From positions 1 to 30,667 of the forward strand of contig JBMFOP010000032.1 of NCBI GenBank assembly GCA_049969675.1: DNA of 30,667 nucleotides, in the 5' to 3' direction. The notes under the pieces were generated by a model. The model made no database searches. It was not told the DNA's origin and saw only the letters and a list, made by a program, of their open reading frames with translations. The stretch comes from Myxococcota bacterium (GTDB lineage: Bacteria > Myxococcota > SpSt-1050). The position numbers were made by a program, and so were the translations under genes. This document shows positions 1 to 9,180 of this stretch, in pieces (the stretch's first letter is position 1; each line of letters starts with the position of its first letter).

Positions 1-504
1 GACTAAAGAAAAAAATATTATCCTCCACAAGAATTAGTAAATGGAAAATGGGAGTTGTTAGGGAAATATAGATATGATGTGATAGATGATGTTCCTTCAA
101 TGGCAACCGCTCACGGCGAAGAATATTTAGGATTTGCTACACAGAAAAAAGAAGCATTGTTAGAAATTTTTATCAAAGCATCTTCAAACCCCGATGATTT
201 AGTTTTGGATTGTTTCATCGGCTCAGGCACAACTGCTGCGGTTGCACAAAAACTCGGCAGACGATGGATTGGGTGTGATATAAATAAAGGGGCGATTCAA
301 TTGACAAGTAAAAGATTGCAAAAAGTAATTCTTGAACAGATAAAAAACAATAAGACAAAATATCATACGTTTGCATATTACAAGGTCAATAATTATGACC
401 TTAAACTTTTACAAACCGAAGCGATAGAACTTGCAGTCCAGCATATTGGTATTCAGAGAACAAGAACCGATAGATTCTTTGATGGAACCATTAGACAAGA
501 ATAA
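1..504 (+). pseudogene. C-terminal fragment of a beta-class N6A/N4C DNA methyltransferase (type III Mod-like), interrupted at both ends
   Basis: Frame 1 encodes [46 protein letters not shown] (motif I FxGxG region of beta-class MTases) plus a Mod-like C-terminal extension. An in-frame TAA at 4-6 precedes an A7 run (9-15). The catalytic DPPY/NPPY half is not in this ORF. The frame ends shortly after a junction near 488. Confidence 0.8.
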
Positions 505-712
505 AGGGGGTCAAAGGAGTGTTGGAGCAGATTTAACCACATTAGCCCAAAAAATTGGATGGAAATATCATTCAACAATAATATGGAATGAAGGCAATAT
601 ATCGAGAAGAACGGCATGGGGGTCATGGTTATCAGCAGCTGCACCTTATGTTATAGCACCAGTTGAATTGATTGTAATACTATACAAAGATGAATGGAAA
701 AAAGATAATTGA
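488..712 (+). pseudogene. Internal fragment of a second, different small beta-class DNA methyltransferase (N6_N4_Mtase family)
   Basis: [67 protein letters not shown] matches the segment between motif IV and the TRD of type II beta MTases. It has no start, no SPPY/DPPY motif and no motif I. Confidence 0.75.
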
Positions 713-721
713 GTTGACTTC

Positions 722-775
722 GCCTAACAGCGGCTATATGCCATTAAAAGGGCGCATATCAGCAGAGCATTGTCC
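722..775 (+). mobile_element. Degenerate integron attC-like recombination site
   Basis: GCCTAAC (RYYYAAC, 722-728) begins 10 nt after the stop codon. Imperfect inverted arms are GCGGCTATATGCC (730-742) and GGCGCATATCAGC (751-763). The element ends in ATTGTCC (769-775) where GTTRRRY is expected. Length 54 bp. Confidence 0.6.
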
Positions 776-1037
776 TTACTTAAAGATATTTTAATTTGGA
801 TAGCCTTGTAGTTGAGATTATGAAGAGAATTGGGGTAAACTGATTTTGAAAATATGGACCTCCCCATCCATAATCTTTATTTTACAGGTATGAGATTTGT
901 GAGTTTAGATTATTTTGGGCGGTTGTGAATACAGATGTTTTTTAAAATATCCAACTTTCAACTTCGGGTGAGGATAAACTTGATATTAAGAGGGAGAAAT
1001 GAGCTAAAAGGCGTAAATTAAAATTGGGCGGTTTAAC

Positions 1038-1065
1038 TTGACATAAAAGAAAACTTTGTTATAGA
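1038..1065 (+). promoter_or_regulatory. Putative sigma70 promoter of the sdh-suc-kor operon
   Basis: TTGACA (1038-1043), 16 nt, TATAGA (1060-1065) with an extended -10 TG at 1057-1058. GGAGG Shine-Dalgarno before ATG 1108. Confidence 0.65.
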
Positions 1066-1107
1066 AACTGTTGCATCTTTGGAGGGGGAAACAAACGGAG
1101 GAAAGAG

Positions 1108-1455
1108 ATGAAGGTATCCTCACAGGCATTTAATTGGTTTATGCAGAGGATTACGGCTTTAATAATTGCGGTGGGGCTTGTAGTCCATTTTGTAGTTCTG
1201 CACTTCTTGATTGAGAGACCTGTTACCATACACAAGGTGGCAGAGAGGCTCCAGTCCTTCTTTTGGGTTCTATTTGATTCTATATTGCTGATAGCGGTTG
1301 TATATCACGCACTATATGGCTGCTACAATATTGTAAATGACTTCAAGCCCTCGGAGAGGGTAAAGGGTTTTCTGGTGGTCTTTCTATGGGTAATCGGGCT
1401 TGCAGCAATCATAGTCGGTATAGCAAATCTGCTTCCATTCACAAAATCAATTTAA
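1108..1455 (+). CDS. sdhD: Succinate dehydrogenase/fumarate reductase hydrophobic membrane anchor subunit (SdhD-like)
   Basis: 115 aa with three hydrophobic segments. W-x-x-QRITA, H27 in helix I and YHALYG...ND(F) are typical SdhD motifs. Adjacent to sdhCAB. Confidence 0.85.
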   Translation: MKVSSQAFNWFMQRITALIIAVGLVVHFVVLHFLIERPVTIHKVAERLQSFFWVLFDSILLIAVVYHALYGCYNIVNDFKPSERVKGFLVVFLWVIGLAAIIVGIANLLPFTKSI

Positions 1456-1465
1456 GAGGTATATT

Positions 1466-1852
1466 ATGTTGGGCAGATATTTATATCTCAACGAGTTAAC
1501 TCTCAACAGGGGTATTAATCTCTTTTCATTCTTATTGATGAGGATTACCGGGATTGCACTCTCGGTCTTCCTCTTCCTGCATATCTGGACTATTGGGCAG
1601 GTTCAAAAGGGGAACGATAGCTTTAACTCTGCAATGAACGCATATAATAATCTCTTTGGATGGACTCTGGAATATCTACTCCTGCTGGCGGTTTTGTATC
1701 ATATGTTCAATGGATTGAGACTCATTGTGGCAGACTTCTTTAACCTGACAGAGCGTCAGAAGGGGTTATTGTGGATTGTGGTTGTGATTGTAGCATTGGT
1801 TGCATCGGCGAGCCTCTTTGTATTCTTTCCGATAATACCGAGAAATATTTAA
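1466..1852 (+). CDS. sdhC: Succinate dehydrogenase cytochrome b556 subunit (SdhC-like)
   Basis: 128 aa with three TM segments. (H/M)RITG, FLHI and YHMFNGLR..D motifs of SdhC. GAGG SD. Confidence 0.85.
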   Translation: MLGRYLYLNELTLNRGINLFSFLLMRITGIALSVFLFLHIWTIGQVQKGNDSFNSAMNAYNNLFGWTLEYLLLLAVLYHMFNGLRLIVADFFNLTERQKGLLWIVVVIVALVASASLFVFFPIIPRNI

Positions 1853-1866
1853 TTGGGAGATGAGAG

Positions 1867-3600
1867 ATGAGATATTTTCCAGTCATAGTAGTTGGTGGTG
1901 GGCTGGCGGGTTTGAGGGCTGCGATTGAAGTGAATATGCATAATATCCCGGTGTGCATACTTTCACGGGTGCACCCGGTCAGGTCTCACTCCATCGCGGC
2001 TCAGGGTGGTATAAATGGTGCTCTGGGGAATCATGTGCGAGGGGTTTATGATTCCGTTGAAAAACATGCATTTGATACAGTAAAGGGTTCAGATTATCTC
2101 GGTGATCAGGATGCAATTATAAGGATGTGCACTGATGCACCATTAAGAATTTACGAGATGGAGCACTGGGGATGTCCATTTTCAAGGACATCAGAGGGGA
2201 AGATCGCTCAGAGACCATTTGGAGGTGCGGGCTTCCCGAGGACCGCCTATGCGGAGGATAAGACCGGACATGTGCTTCTGCATACTTTATATGAACAGGT
2301 AGTTAGATTTGAACACTCCTCCGAGAGGGCGGATATAACGGTAATAGATGAGATGCTGGTTACATCAATTGTCGTGGAGGAAGGGCAATGCGTTGGTGTT
2401 ATTGCCCTAAATCTCAAAAATGGGCAATTTGAGGCTTTTAATTCCGATGCGGTAATCTTTGCAACTGGTGGTTCTGGGAGAGTTTATGCAAATTCAACAA
2501 ATGCCCTTATCTCAACAGCTCTCGGGGTATATATCCCCTTTAGAGAGGGCGCACCACTTAAGGATATGGAGTTTATTCAGTTCCATCCTACTACATTGAT
2601 CGGGACCAATATTCTTATGACAGAGGGGTGCAGGGGTGAAGGCGGTTACCTTCTTAACAATAAGGGTGAGAGATTTCTATCAAATTATGATGATTCAAAG
2701 AAGGCGATGGAGGTGGCACCGAGAGATATAGTTGCAAGGAATATTCAGAGAGAGATTGATGCAGGGAGGGGATTTGAGAACTCCTATGTCCATCTGGATA
2801 TCAGGCACCTGGGGGAGAAGAAGATAAATGAGAGGCTACCCGGAATCAGGGACCTCTGTATAAAATTTGCAAATGTGGATCCGGTAGTTGACCCGATCCC
2901 GGTGCAGCCAGGTCAACATTATACGATGGGTGGTATTGACACAGATATAAATGGTGCTACCGAGATAAAGGGATTATTTGCGGCAGGTGAGTGTGCCTGT
3001 GTATCGGTGCACGGTGCAAACAGGCTGGGAGGAAACTCTCTACTTGAGACCATAGTCTATGGCGCCGTTGCAGGTAAGTCTTGCTCAGAATATGTATCTT
3101 CGCTTTCAAAGACAAAGATTGGTGGAGAGAAGGTAGAGTTGAGACTGAAGGATGAGGAGAGAAGGGCAAAGGAGATACTCTCAAAAGATGGGGATGTTTT
3201 AATATGTGATGTAAGAGATTCACTCGCACAGATGATGGCTCAGAAGGTGGGGTTGTTCAGGGAGGAGGGGCAACTGAAGTCTGCACTTGAGGACATAGAG
3301 GTTGCAAAGGAGCAGTTCAAGAAAGTCAGGTTTAATGCAAAGAGTAAGTCCCTCTCTTACAACTATGAATTCATAAATTATCTTGAGACCGAGGCTGGCA
3401 TCTGTGTCTCTGAGGTGATTGTAAGAGGTGCGCTTGAGAGAAGGGAATCAAGGGGTTCGCACTTCAGGACAGATTATCCTAAAAGAGACGATGCACAGTT
3501 CCTGAGGCATACCGTCGCAAAGTATAATAAAGGGGAGATATCGCTCTCATATAAGCCGGTTAAGATTGTAAAGTGGGAGCCAAAAGAGAGAAAATATTAG
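1867..3600 (+). CDS. sdhA: Succinate dehydrogenase/fumarate reductase flavoprotein subunit
   Basis: GGGLAG Rossmann motif, RSHSIAAQGG (covalent-FAD His), QFHPT, TEGCRGEGG, APRD, HYTMGG, HGANRLGGNSL, ESRGSHFRTDYP. Confidence 0.97.
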   Translation: MRYFPVIVVGGGLAGLRAAIEVNMHNIPVCILSRVHPVRSHSIAAQGGINGALGNHVRGVYDSVEKHAFDTVKGSDYLGDQDAIIRMCTDAPLRIYEMEHWGCPFSRTSEGKIAQRPFGGAGFPRTAYAEDKTGHVLLHTLYEQVVRFEHSSERADITVIDEMLVTSIVVEEGQCVGVIALNLKNGQFEAFNSDAVIFATGGSGRVYANSTNALISTALGVYIPFREGAPLKDMEFIQFHPTTLIGTNILMTEGCRGEGGYLLNNKGERFLSNYDDSKKAMEVAPRDIVARNIQREIDAGRGFENSYVHLDIRHLGEKKINERLPGIRDLCIKFANVDPVVDPIPVQPGQHYTMGGIDTDINGATEIKGLFAAGECACVSVHGANRLGGNSLLETIVYGAVAGKSCSEYVSSLSKTKIGGEKVELRLKDEERRAKEILSKDGDVLICDVRDSLAQMMAQKVGLFREEGQLKSALEDIEVAKEQFKKVRFNAKSKSLSYNYEFINYLETEAGICVSEVIVRGALERRESRGSHFRTDYPKRDDAQFLRHTVAKYNKGEISLSYKPVKIVKWEPKERKY

Positions 3601-3619
3601 TTATGTAAGGAGATATAAA

Positions 3620-4351
3620 GTGGATAAGGTCATCTTTGAGGTATTCAGATTTTCACCCGATGAGGCAAAAGAGCCGCATTTTGATACATTTGAGGTCCCA
3701 TATACTAAGGGGATGACAGTTTTACAGGGGCTCCTGTATATTCAGGCAAGGCTGGATGGCTCACTCGGATTGAGATTTGCCTGCAGGGCTGGGGTCTGTG
3801 GGAGCTGTGCCATGCATATAAACGGGATGTACAGACTCGCCTGTGAGACACAGATATCTATGCTGGGTGAGCATATCAGGGTCAGACCACTCGGACACCT
3901 GCCCATTATTAAAGACCTCGTCGTGGATCTGACGGAATTCTGGAATAAATATAAATTGATAAAACCATATCTAATTCACAGCAGGAACCCGCCGGAGAGG
4001 GAGTTTCTGCAGTCCATAGATGAGAGGGATAAACTTACACGAATCATTGACTGTATCCTCTGCGGCGCCTGTTATGCCGCCTGTCCTGTTGTTGAGACTC
4101 ATAAGGATTATATAGGTCCGCATGCATTTGCAAAGGCAAATAGATTTATCAGAGATTCAAGGGATGAGGGGACATACGAAAGGCTTAAGATTGTTGGAGG
4201 GGAAGATGGGGTATTTAGATGTCATACCGTATTTAGCTGTCAGGAGGTCTGTCCCAAAGAGATAAACGCAAGTGGCTCAATTGCCGAACTCAAGATGCTT
4301 GCAATCAGAGCAACATTCTCGGCATTTGACAGGAGCAAGATAAAGTGGTGA
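3620..4351 (+). CDS. sdhB: Succinate dehydrogenase/fumarate reductase iron-sulfur subunit
   Basis: GTG start after AAGGAG. CRAGVCGSC...C (2Fe-2S), CILCGACYAACP and CHTVFSCQEVCP (4Fe-4S/3Fe-4S). Confidence 0.96.
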   Translation: MDKVIFEVFRFSPDEAKEPHFDTFEVPYTKGMTVLQGLLYIQARLDGSLGLRFACRAGVCGSCAMHINGMYRLACETQISMLGEHIRVRPLGHLPIIKDLVVDLTEFWNKYKLIKPYLIHSRNPPEREFLQSIDERDKLTRIIDCILCGACYAACPVVETHKDYIGPHAFAKANRFIRDSRDEGTYERLKIVGGEDGVFRCHTVFSCQEVCPKEINASGSIAELKMLAIRATFSAFDRSKIKW

Positions 4352-4360
4352 GGTAATCTT

Positions 4361-5524
4361 ATGAAACTTCATGAGTATCAGGCGAAGTCATTGTTCAGGA
4401 GTTATGGTATACCTGTGCCGGATGGGGAGATGGCAAAGTCCCCTGAAGAGGCGAGGGAGATTGCAAATAAACTCGGAGGAAGTAGTTTTGTTGTAAAGGC
4501 GCAGATTCACGCCGGAGGAAGGGGAAAGGCTGGCGGAGTTAAGGTGGTCTCAACCCCCGAAGAGGTATTTGCTGCCGCCCAAAAGATTATTGGGATGAGG
4601 CTGGTGAGTAAGCAGACAGGACCCGGGGGGAGGGTTGTAAAGAAGGTCCTGATTGAGAGGGGCGCAAAAATAAAGGCTGAGCTCTACTGTGCATTCCTGA
4701 TTGACAGGTCAAAGGAGAGGGTGTGTCTTATATTCTCAACCGCAGGTGGTATGGATATTGAAGAGGTTGCGGAGAAGAGCCCCGAAAAGATTAAGAAGAT
4801 GATGATTGACCCAACAAATGGTGTGCAGCCTTATATGTCGCGTGAACTCGTATATTCACTCAATCTAAATCCGAATCTCTCCTCACCACTTTATAATCTT
4901 CTCTCAAATATGTATAGGCTCTTCATTGAGAAGGATCTCTCTCTTGTAGAGATAAATCCACTGGTGATTACGGAGAGCGATGAGCTACTTGCAGTTGATG
5001 CAAAGATAAATGTTGAGGATAATGCACTATTCAGGCAGAAGGCACTAAATGAGATGAGGGACCCGGATGAGGAGGACCAGAGGGAGAGGATGGCGCACGA
5101 ATTCAACCTTAATTATATCTCACTCTCAGGGAATATTGGATGTCTGGTGAATGGTGCGGGGCTCGCGATGGCTACTATGGACATAATTAAATATTATGGA
5201 GGTGAGCCAGCCAACTTTCTGGATGTAGGGGGCGGCGCAAATAAGCAGTCAATCACGGAGGGTTTTAAGTTGATACTCTCAGACCCGAAGGTAAAGGGGA
5301 TCCTTATAAATATCTTCGGTGGAATCGTAAAATGTGATGTAGTCGCCCAATCTGTCATTGAGGCTGTAAAGGAGATGGGGATATCTGTCCCTCTTGTAGT
5401 CAGGCTTGAGGGGACAAATGCAGAGCAGGCAAGGGAGTTGATAAAGTCATCCGGGATAAAGTTGATTTATGCCTCAACCATGGCAGAGGCAGCCGAGCAG
5501 ATTGTAAAACTTGCAGGGCAGTGA
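4361..5524 (+). CDS. sucC: Succinyl-CoA synthetase beta subunit
   Basis: MKLHEYQAK, VVKAQIHAGGRGKAGGV, EINPL, NGAGLAMATMD, PANFLDVGG, NIFGGI, RLEGTN. Confidence 0.98.
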   Translation: MKLHEYQAKSLFRSYGIPVPDGEMAKSPEEAREIANKLGGSSFVVKAQIHAGGRGKAGGVKVVSTPEEVFAAAQKIIGMRLVSKQTGPGGRVVKKVLIERGAKIKAELYCAFLIDRSKERVCLIFSTAGGMDIEEVAEKSPEKIKKMMIDPTNGVQPYMSRELVYSLNLNPNLSSPLYNLLSNMYRLFIEKDLSLVEINPLVITESDELLAVDAKINVEDNALFRQKALNEMRDPDEEDQRERMAHEFNLNYISLSGNIGCLVNGAGLAMATMDIIKYYGGEPANFLDVGGGANKQSITEGFKLILSDPKVKGILINIFGGIVKCDVVAQSVIEAVKEMGISVPLVVRLEGTNAEQARELIKSSGIKLIYASTMAEAAEQIVKLAGQ

Positions 5525-5533
5525 GGTATTTAT

Positions 5534-6409
5534 ATGTCAATACTTGTAAATAAAAACACAAAGGTGATTGTACAGGGGATTACGGGTGACAATGGGAGGT
5601 TTCATACCTCTTTGATGCTCTCTTATGGAACGAGAGTGGTAGGAGGTGTTACTCCGGGGAAGGGAGGGCAGTCTGTAGAGGGGGTCCCGGTCTTCAATAC
5701 AGTAAGAGAGGCGGTTAAGTCAACGGATGCGGATGCGTCAATAATTTTTGTGCCAGCCCGATTCGCCCCCGATGCGATTCTGGAGGCGGCAGATGCCGGA
5801 ATCAGGTTGATAGTCGTGATTACTGAAGGGATAGTCCCGTCTGATATGCTTAAGGTCAAGTATTCTCTAAGGGGAAGCGGAGTCAGGATAATCGGCCCAA
5901 ACTGCCCTGGCATTATTACAGCAGATGAGTGCAAGATTGGAATTATGCCCGGCTACATACATAAGAAAGGGAGAGTGGGTGTAATCTCAAGGTCCGGCAC
6001 ATTGACCTATGAGGCGGTTTACCAGCTTACTCGCCTTGGGGTTGGAGAGACTACCTGTGTGGGGATTGGTGGTGACCCGATTGTGGGTAGTACATTTCTG
6101 GACCTGCTTGAGCTTTTCAGAGATGATAATGAGACAGAGTGTGTGGTTATGATTGGAGAGATTGGTGGTAGTGCGGAGGAGGAGGCAGCGGATTATATTG
6201 AGAGGCACTTTAAGAAACCGGTGGTCTCATTTATTGCAGGTGCAACGGCGCCACCTGAGAAGAGGATGGGACACGCAGGGGCAATTATTTCTGGTAAGAG
6301 GTCCACCGCCCAGAGTAAGATGGAGTATCTCAGGTCAAAGGGCATTAAGGTGGTTGAAAATCCTTCAATGATTGGAGATGCAGTATGGGAGATCTTAAAA
6401 AGGAAGTAA
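5534..6409 (+). CDS. sucD: Succinyl-CoA synthetase alpha subunit
   Basis: [48 protein letters not shown] (phospho-His). Confidence 0.98.
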   Translation: MSILVNKNTKVIVQGITGDNGRFHTSLMLSYGTRVVGGVTPGKGGQSVEGVPVFNTVREAVKSTDADASIIFVPARFAPDAILEAADAGIRLIVVITEGIVPSDMLKVKYSLRGSGVRIIGPNCPGIITADECKIGIMPGYIHKKGRVGVISRSGTLTYEAVYQLTRLGVGETTCVGIGGDPIVGSTFLDLLELFRDDNETECVVMIGEIGGSAEEEAADYIERHFKKPVVSFIAGATAPPEKRMGHAGAIISGKRSTAQSKMEYLRSKGIKVVENPSMIGDAVWEILKRK

Positions 6410-6642
6410 AGGGGAATATTACAATATATGAAGATGATAAGACAAGGATAATTATAAACACAAAGTGGTGTAAAGGGTGCGAATTTTGTGTTATATATTG
6501 TCCGAAGAAGGTTCTGTCAATGGAGAGGGCAAAGGCGATAGTGGTAAATCTATCTGAATGTACGAGATGTATGCTCTGTGAGTTGAGGTGTCCGGACTTT
6601 GCAATAGAGGTCTATAAAGCAGATGAAAAGGGGAGTAAGTAA
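6385..6642 (+). CDS. korD: 2-oxoglutarate:ferredoxin oxidoreductase delta subunit (2x[4Fe-4S] ferredoxin)
   Basis: [12 protein letters not shown] and [22 protein letters not shown] before ATG 6385. Overlaps the sucD 3' end by 25 bp. Confidence 0.9.
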   Translation: MGDLKKEVKGNITIYEDDKTRIIINTKWCKGCEFCVIYCPKKVLSMERAKAIVVNLSECTRCMLCELRCPDFAIEVYKADEKGSK

Positions 6643-6643
6643 T

Positions 6644-7783
6644 ATGGCTGATATAAGATTTATTCAGGGGAATGAGGCATGTGCATTGGGTGCAATCTAT
6701 GCAGGGTGTAGATTCTTTGCAGGATATCCTATTACCCCATCTTCGGAGATAGCAGAGATGCTCTCTGAAGAGCTCCCGCTCGTAGATGGGGCATTTATTC
6801 AGATGGAGGATGAGATTGGGGCAATGGCGGCAGTAATAGGGGCATCACTTGCCGGCAAAAAATCAATGACAGCCACATCCGGGCCGGGTATGTCCCTTAA
6901 GATGGAGAATCTTGGCTATGCCTGTATTACAGAGATCCCCTGTGTTATCGTCAATGTCCAGAGGGGTGGCCCATCAACAGGACTCCCTACCTCTCCGGCT
7001 CAGGCAGATATTATGCAGGCGAGATGGGGTACGCATGGAGACCACCCGATTATTGCGGTATGTCCCTCCTCCGTCTCTGAGATGTTTACAGAGACAGTGA
7101 GAGCATTCAATCTATCCGAGATGTTCAGGACTCCGGTGATTGTATTGAGCGATGAGATAATAGGCCATATGCGGGAGAAGATTATTATCCCCGAAGAGGG
7201 GAAGATCCCTATTGTAAATAGAAAAAAGCCCACCTGTAAACCAGAGGAGTATATGCCCTTTAAGGGGGAGGAGGATTATGTCCCACCAATGGCGGCATTC
7301 GGTGAAGGTTACAGGTATCATGTGACAGGGCTTGCCCACAATGAAGAGGGCTTCCCAATACAGAGTGGTGAACTCGTACATCAAATGAATGTAAGGATGC
7401 ACAACAAGATTTATAAGAATCTGGATAAGATTCTTATGAACGAAATCTATATGTGCGAGGATGCAGAGGTGGTAATATTCGCCATCGGTGGTGCGGCAAG
7501 GTCAAGCAAAGGTGCAATAAGGCATCTGAGAGAGGCCGGGATAAAGGCAGGGCTTTTCAGACCGCTCACAATCTGGCCCTTCCCTGAGGAGGAACTGAAA
7601 AATGCCTGCAAGAATGTAAAGAATGTCCTTGTGGTGGAGATGAATCTGGGACAGATAATTTTTGAGGTACAGAGGGTTTTATCCTGTACTGGTATAAGAG
7701 TTGAGGGGATGTTTGATTCGTCAGGTGAACCGATCACACCGCTCAGCGTGGTGGCGCGCGTCCGAGAACTTATCAAGAGGTGA
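6644..7783 (+). CDS. korA: 2-oxoglutarate (2-oxoacid):ferredoxin oxidoreductase alpha subunit
   Basis: GNEA, AGYPITPSSE, QMEDE, ATSGPG, QRGGPSTGLPT. Start moved to ATG 6644, which follows GGGGAG and the korD stop. Confidence 0.93.
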   Translation: MADIRFIQGNEACALGAIYAGCRFFAGYPITPSSEIAEMLSEELPLVDGAFIQMEDEIGAMAAVIGASLAGKKSMTATSGPGMSLKMENLGYACITEIPCVIVNVQRGGPSTGLPTSPAQADIMQARWGTHGDHPIIAVCPSSVSEMFTETVRAFNLSEMFRTPVIVLSDEIIGHMREKIIIPEEGKIPIVNRKKPTCKPEEYMPFKGEEDYVPPMAAFGEGYRYHVTGLAHNEEGFPIQSGELVHQMNVRMHNKIYKNLDKILMNEIYMCEDAEVVIFAIGGAARSSKGAIRHLREAGIKAGLFRPLTIWPFPEEELKNACKNVKNVLVVEMNLGQIIFEVQRVLSCTGIRVEGMFDSSGEPITPLSVVARVRELIKR

Positions 7784-7788
7784 TAGAT

Positions 7789-8610
7789 ATGGCAGTCAAT
7801 TATCACGAATATCTAAGAGAGAAGATGATGCCGCATATATGGTGTGCGGGTTGCACGCATGGTATCGTCACAAAGGCATTAATAAGAGCCATTGACAGGG
7901 CAAAACTCAACAAAGATAAGATAGTGGTGGTCTCTGGTATAGGTTGTGCATCCAGAATGCCGGGATATCTGGATTTTAATACATTACACACCACCCACGG
8001 GAGGGCACTCGCCTTTGCGACCGGTGTCAAGCTTGCAAATCCAGAACTCAATGTGATAGTAGTTGCTGGTGATGGAGATGCAGTAGCGATAGGTGGGAAT
8101 CACTTTATACATGCCTGCAATAGAAATATTGACATCACATTGGTGGTATTAAATAACAACATTTATGGAATGACCGGCGGACAGAGATCCCCCACCACAT
8201 ATGAAGGCGATATCTCCTCTACAAGTGTCTACGGATCCATAGGCAATCCAATAGATGTTGTAAATCTCGCCCTTGGGGCGGGTGCTACATTTGTGGCGAG
8301 GAGTACAAGCTATCATGTTCAGCAACTTGAGAGCTATATCTACTCTGGAATAATGCACAAGGGGTTCTCAGTAATTGATGCAGTCTCTGCCTGCTATACA
8401 GCGTATGGTAGAAGGAATAAACATAGGTATAAGAGTGCAGCAGATATGCTTACCTATATGAAGAATAATGCATTAAATTTCTCCGCCTCGAGAGATAAGA
8501 GTGCGGAGGAATTAAAGGGGAAGATTCTGGTAGGTATCTTCAGGGATATTGCAGAGCCAGAGTATTGCGAGGAGTATGCAAAGATGGTCAGCAAAGCCAA
8601 ATCCAGATAG
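7789..8610 (+). CDS. korB: 2-oxoglutarate (2-oxoacid):ferredoxin oxidoreductase beta subunit (TPP-binding)
   Basis: WCAGC, SGIGC, HTTHGRA, GDGD...IGGNH...NNNIYGMTGGQ TPP motif. Start at ATG 7789 after GAGGTG. Confidence 0.93.
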   Translation: MAVNYHEYLREKMMPHIWCAGCTHGIVTKALIRAIDRAKLNKDKIVVVSGIGCASRMPGYLDFNTLHTTHGRALAFATGVKLANPELNVIVVAGDGDAVAIGGNHFIHACNRNIDITLVVLNNNIYGMTGGQRSPTTYEGDISSTSVYGSIGNPIDVVNLALGAGATFVARSTSYHVQQLESYIYSGIMHKGFSVIDAVSACYTAYGRRNKHRYKSAADMLTYMKNNALNFSASRDKSAEELKGKILVGIFRDIAEPEYCEEYAKMVSKAKSR

Positions 8611-8624
8611 AAAGGATAGAGATT

Positions 8625-9161
8625 ATGTCCAGCAGATATGAAATTAGATTGTCTGGTTCAGGTGGTCAGGGGTTGATCCTGCTTGGAATCATCCTCGGTG
8701 AGACCGCTGCCATATACGAAAATAAAAATGCAGTTCAATCTCAGTCTTATGGGCCTGAGGCGAGAGGGGGTATGAGTAAGTCTGATGTGATCATCTCTGA
8801 TGAGGAGATAGACTATCCAAAGGCTTATAATGTAGATTTCCTTCTGGCACTTACCCAGCAGTCTTTTGATAAATATACCAAAGAGGTTAAAAAGGGTGGA
8901 ACTGTCCTTTATGATTCAACACTGGTGCACTCTCCTAAAGAAGGGGATTATAAGTTGATTGGACTCCCGCTCAATGATGCAGCCATCAAGGAGATCGGTA
9001 AGTCAATGGTTATCAACATTATTTCACTCGGTGCTATAGTGAAACTTTCAAATATCGTAAAAATTGAAAACACAGAGAAGGCTCTATTAAAAAGGGTTCC
9101 AAGAGGAACCGAAGAGCTCAACAAAAAGGCATTTTATGCAGGGATAAATCTGGCTAAATAG
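8625..9161 (+). CDS. korC: 2-oxoglutarate (2-oxoacid):ferredoxin oxidoreductase gamma subunit
   Basis: [27 protein letters not shown]. Start at ATG 8625 after AAGGA. Confidence 0.92.
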   Translation: MSSRYEIRLSGSGGQGLILLGIILGETAAIYENKNAVQSQSYGPEARGGMSKSDVIISDEEIDYPKAYNVDFLLALTQQSFDKYTKEVKKGGTVLYDSTLVHSPKEGDYKLIGLPLNDAAIKEIGKSMVINIISLGAIVKLSNIVKIENTEKALLKRVPRGTEELNKKAFYAGINLAK

Positions 9162-9180
9162 TTATAATCGGAGGTCTGAA

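Noticed and set aside
431..487. N-terminal part of the 93-aa ORF 431..712 as a real gene start
   Set aside because: It is an alternative frame of the first methyltransferase fragment. MTase-like sequence in this frame begins only at about 488.
1..775. Functional restriction-modification system or complete integron
   Set aside because: Both MTase pieces are truncated, no endonuclease or integrase is visible, and only one degenerate attC-like site is present.
1108..9161. Calling the cluster proof of autotrophic reverse TCA
   Set aside because: No citrate-cleaving enzyme is in the window. OGOR, SCS and SQR also serve the oxidative cycle in anaerobes.
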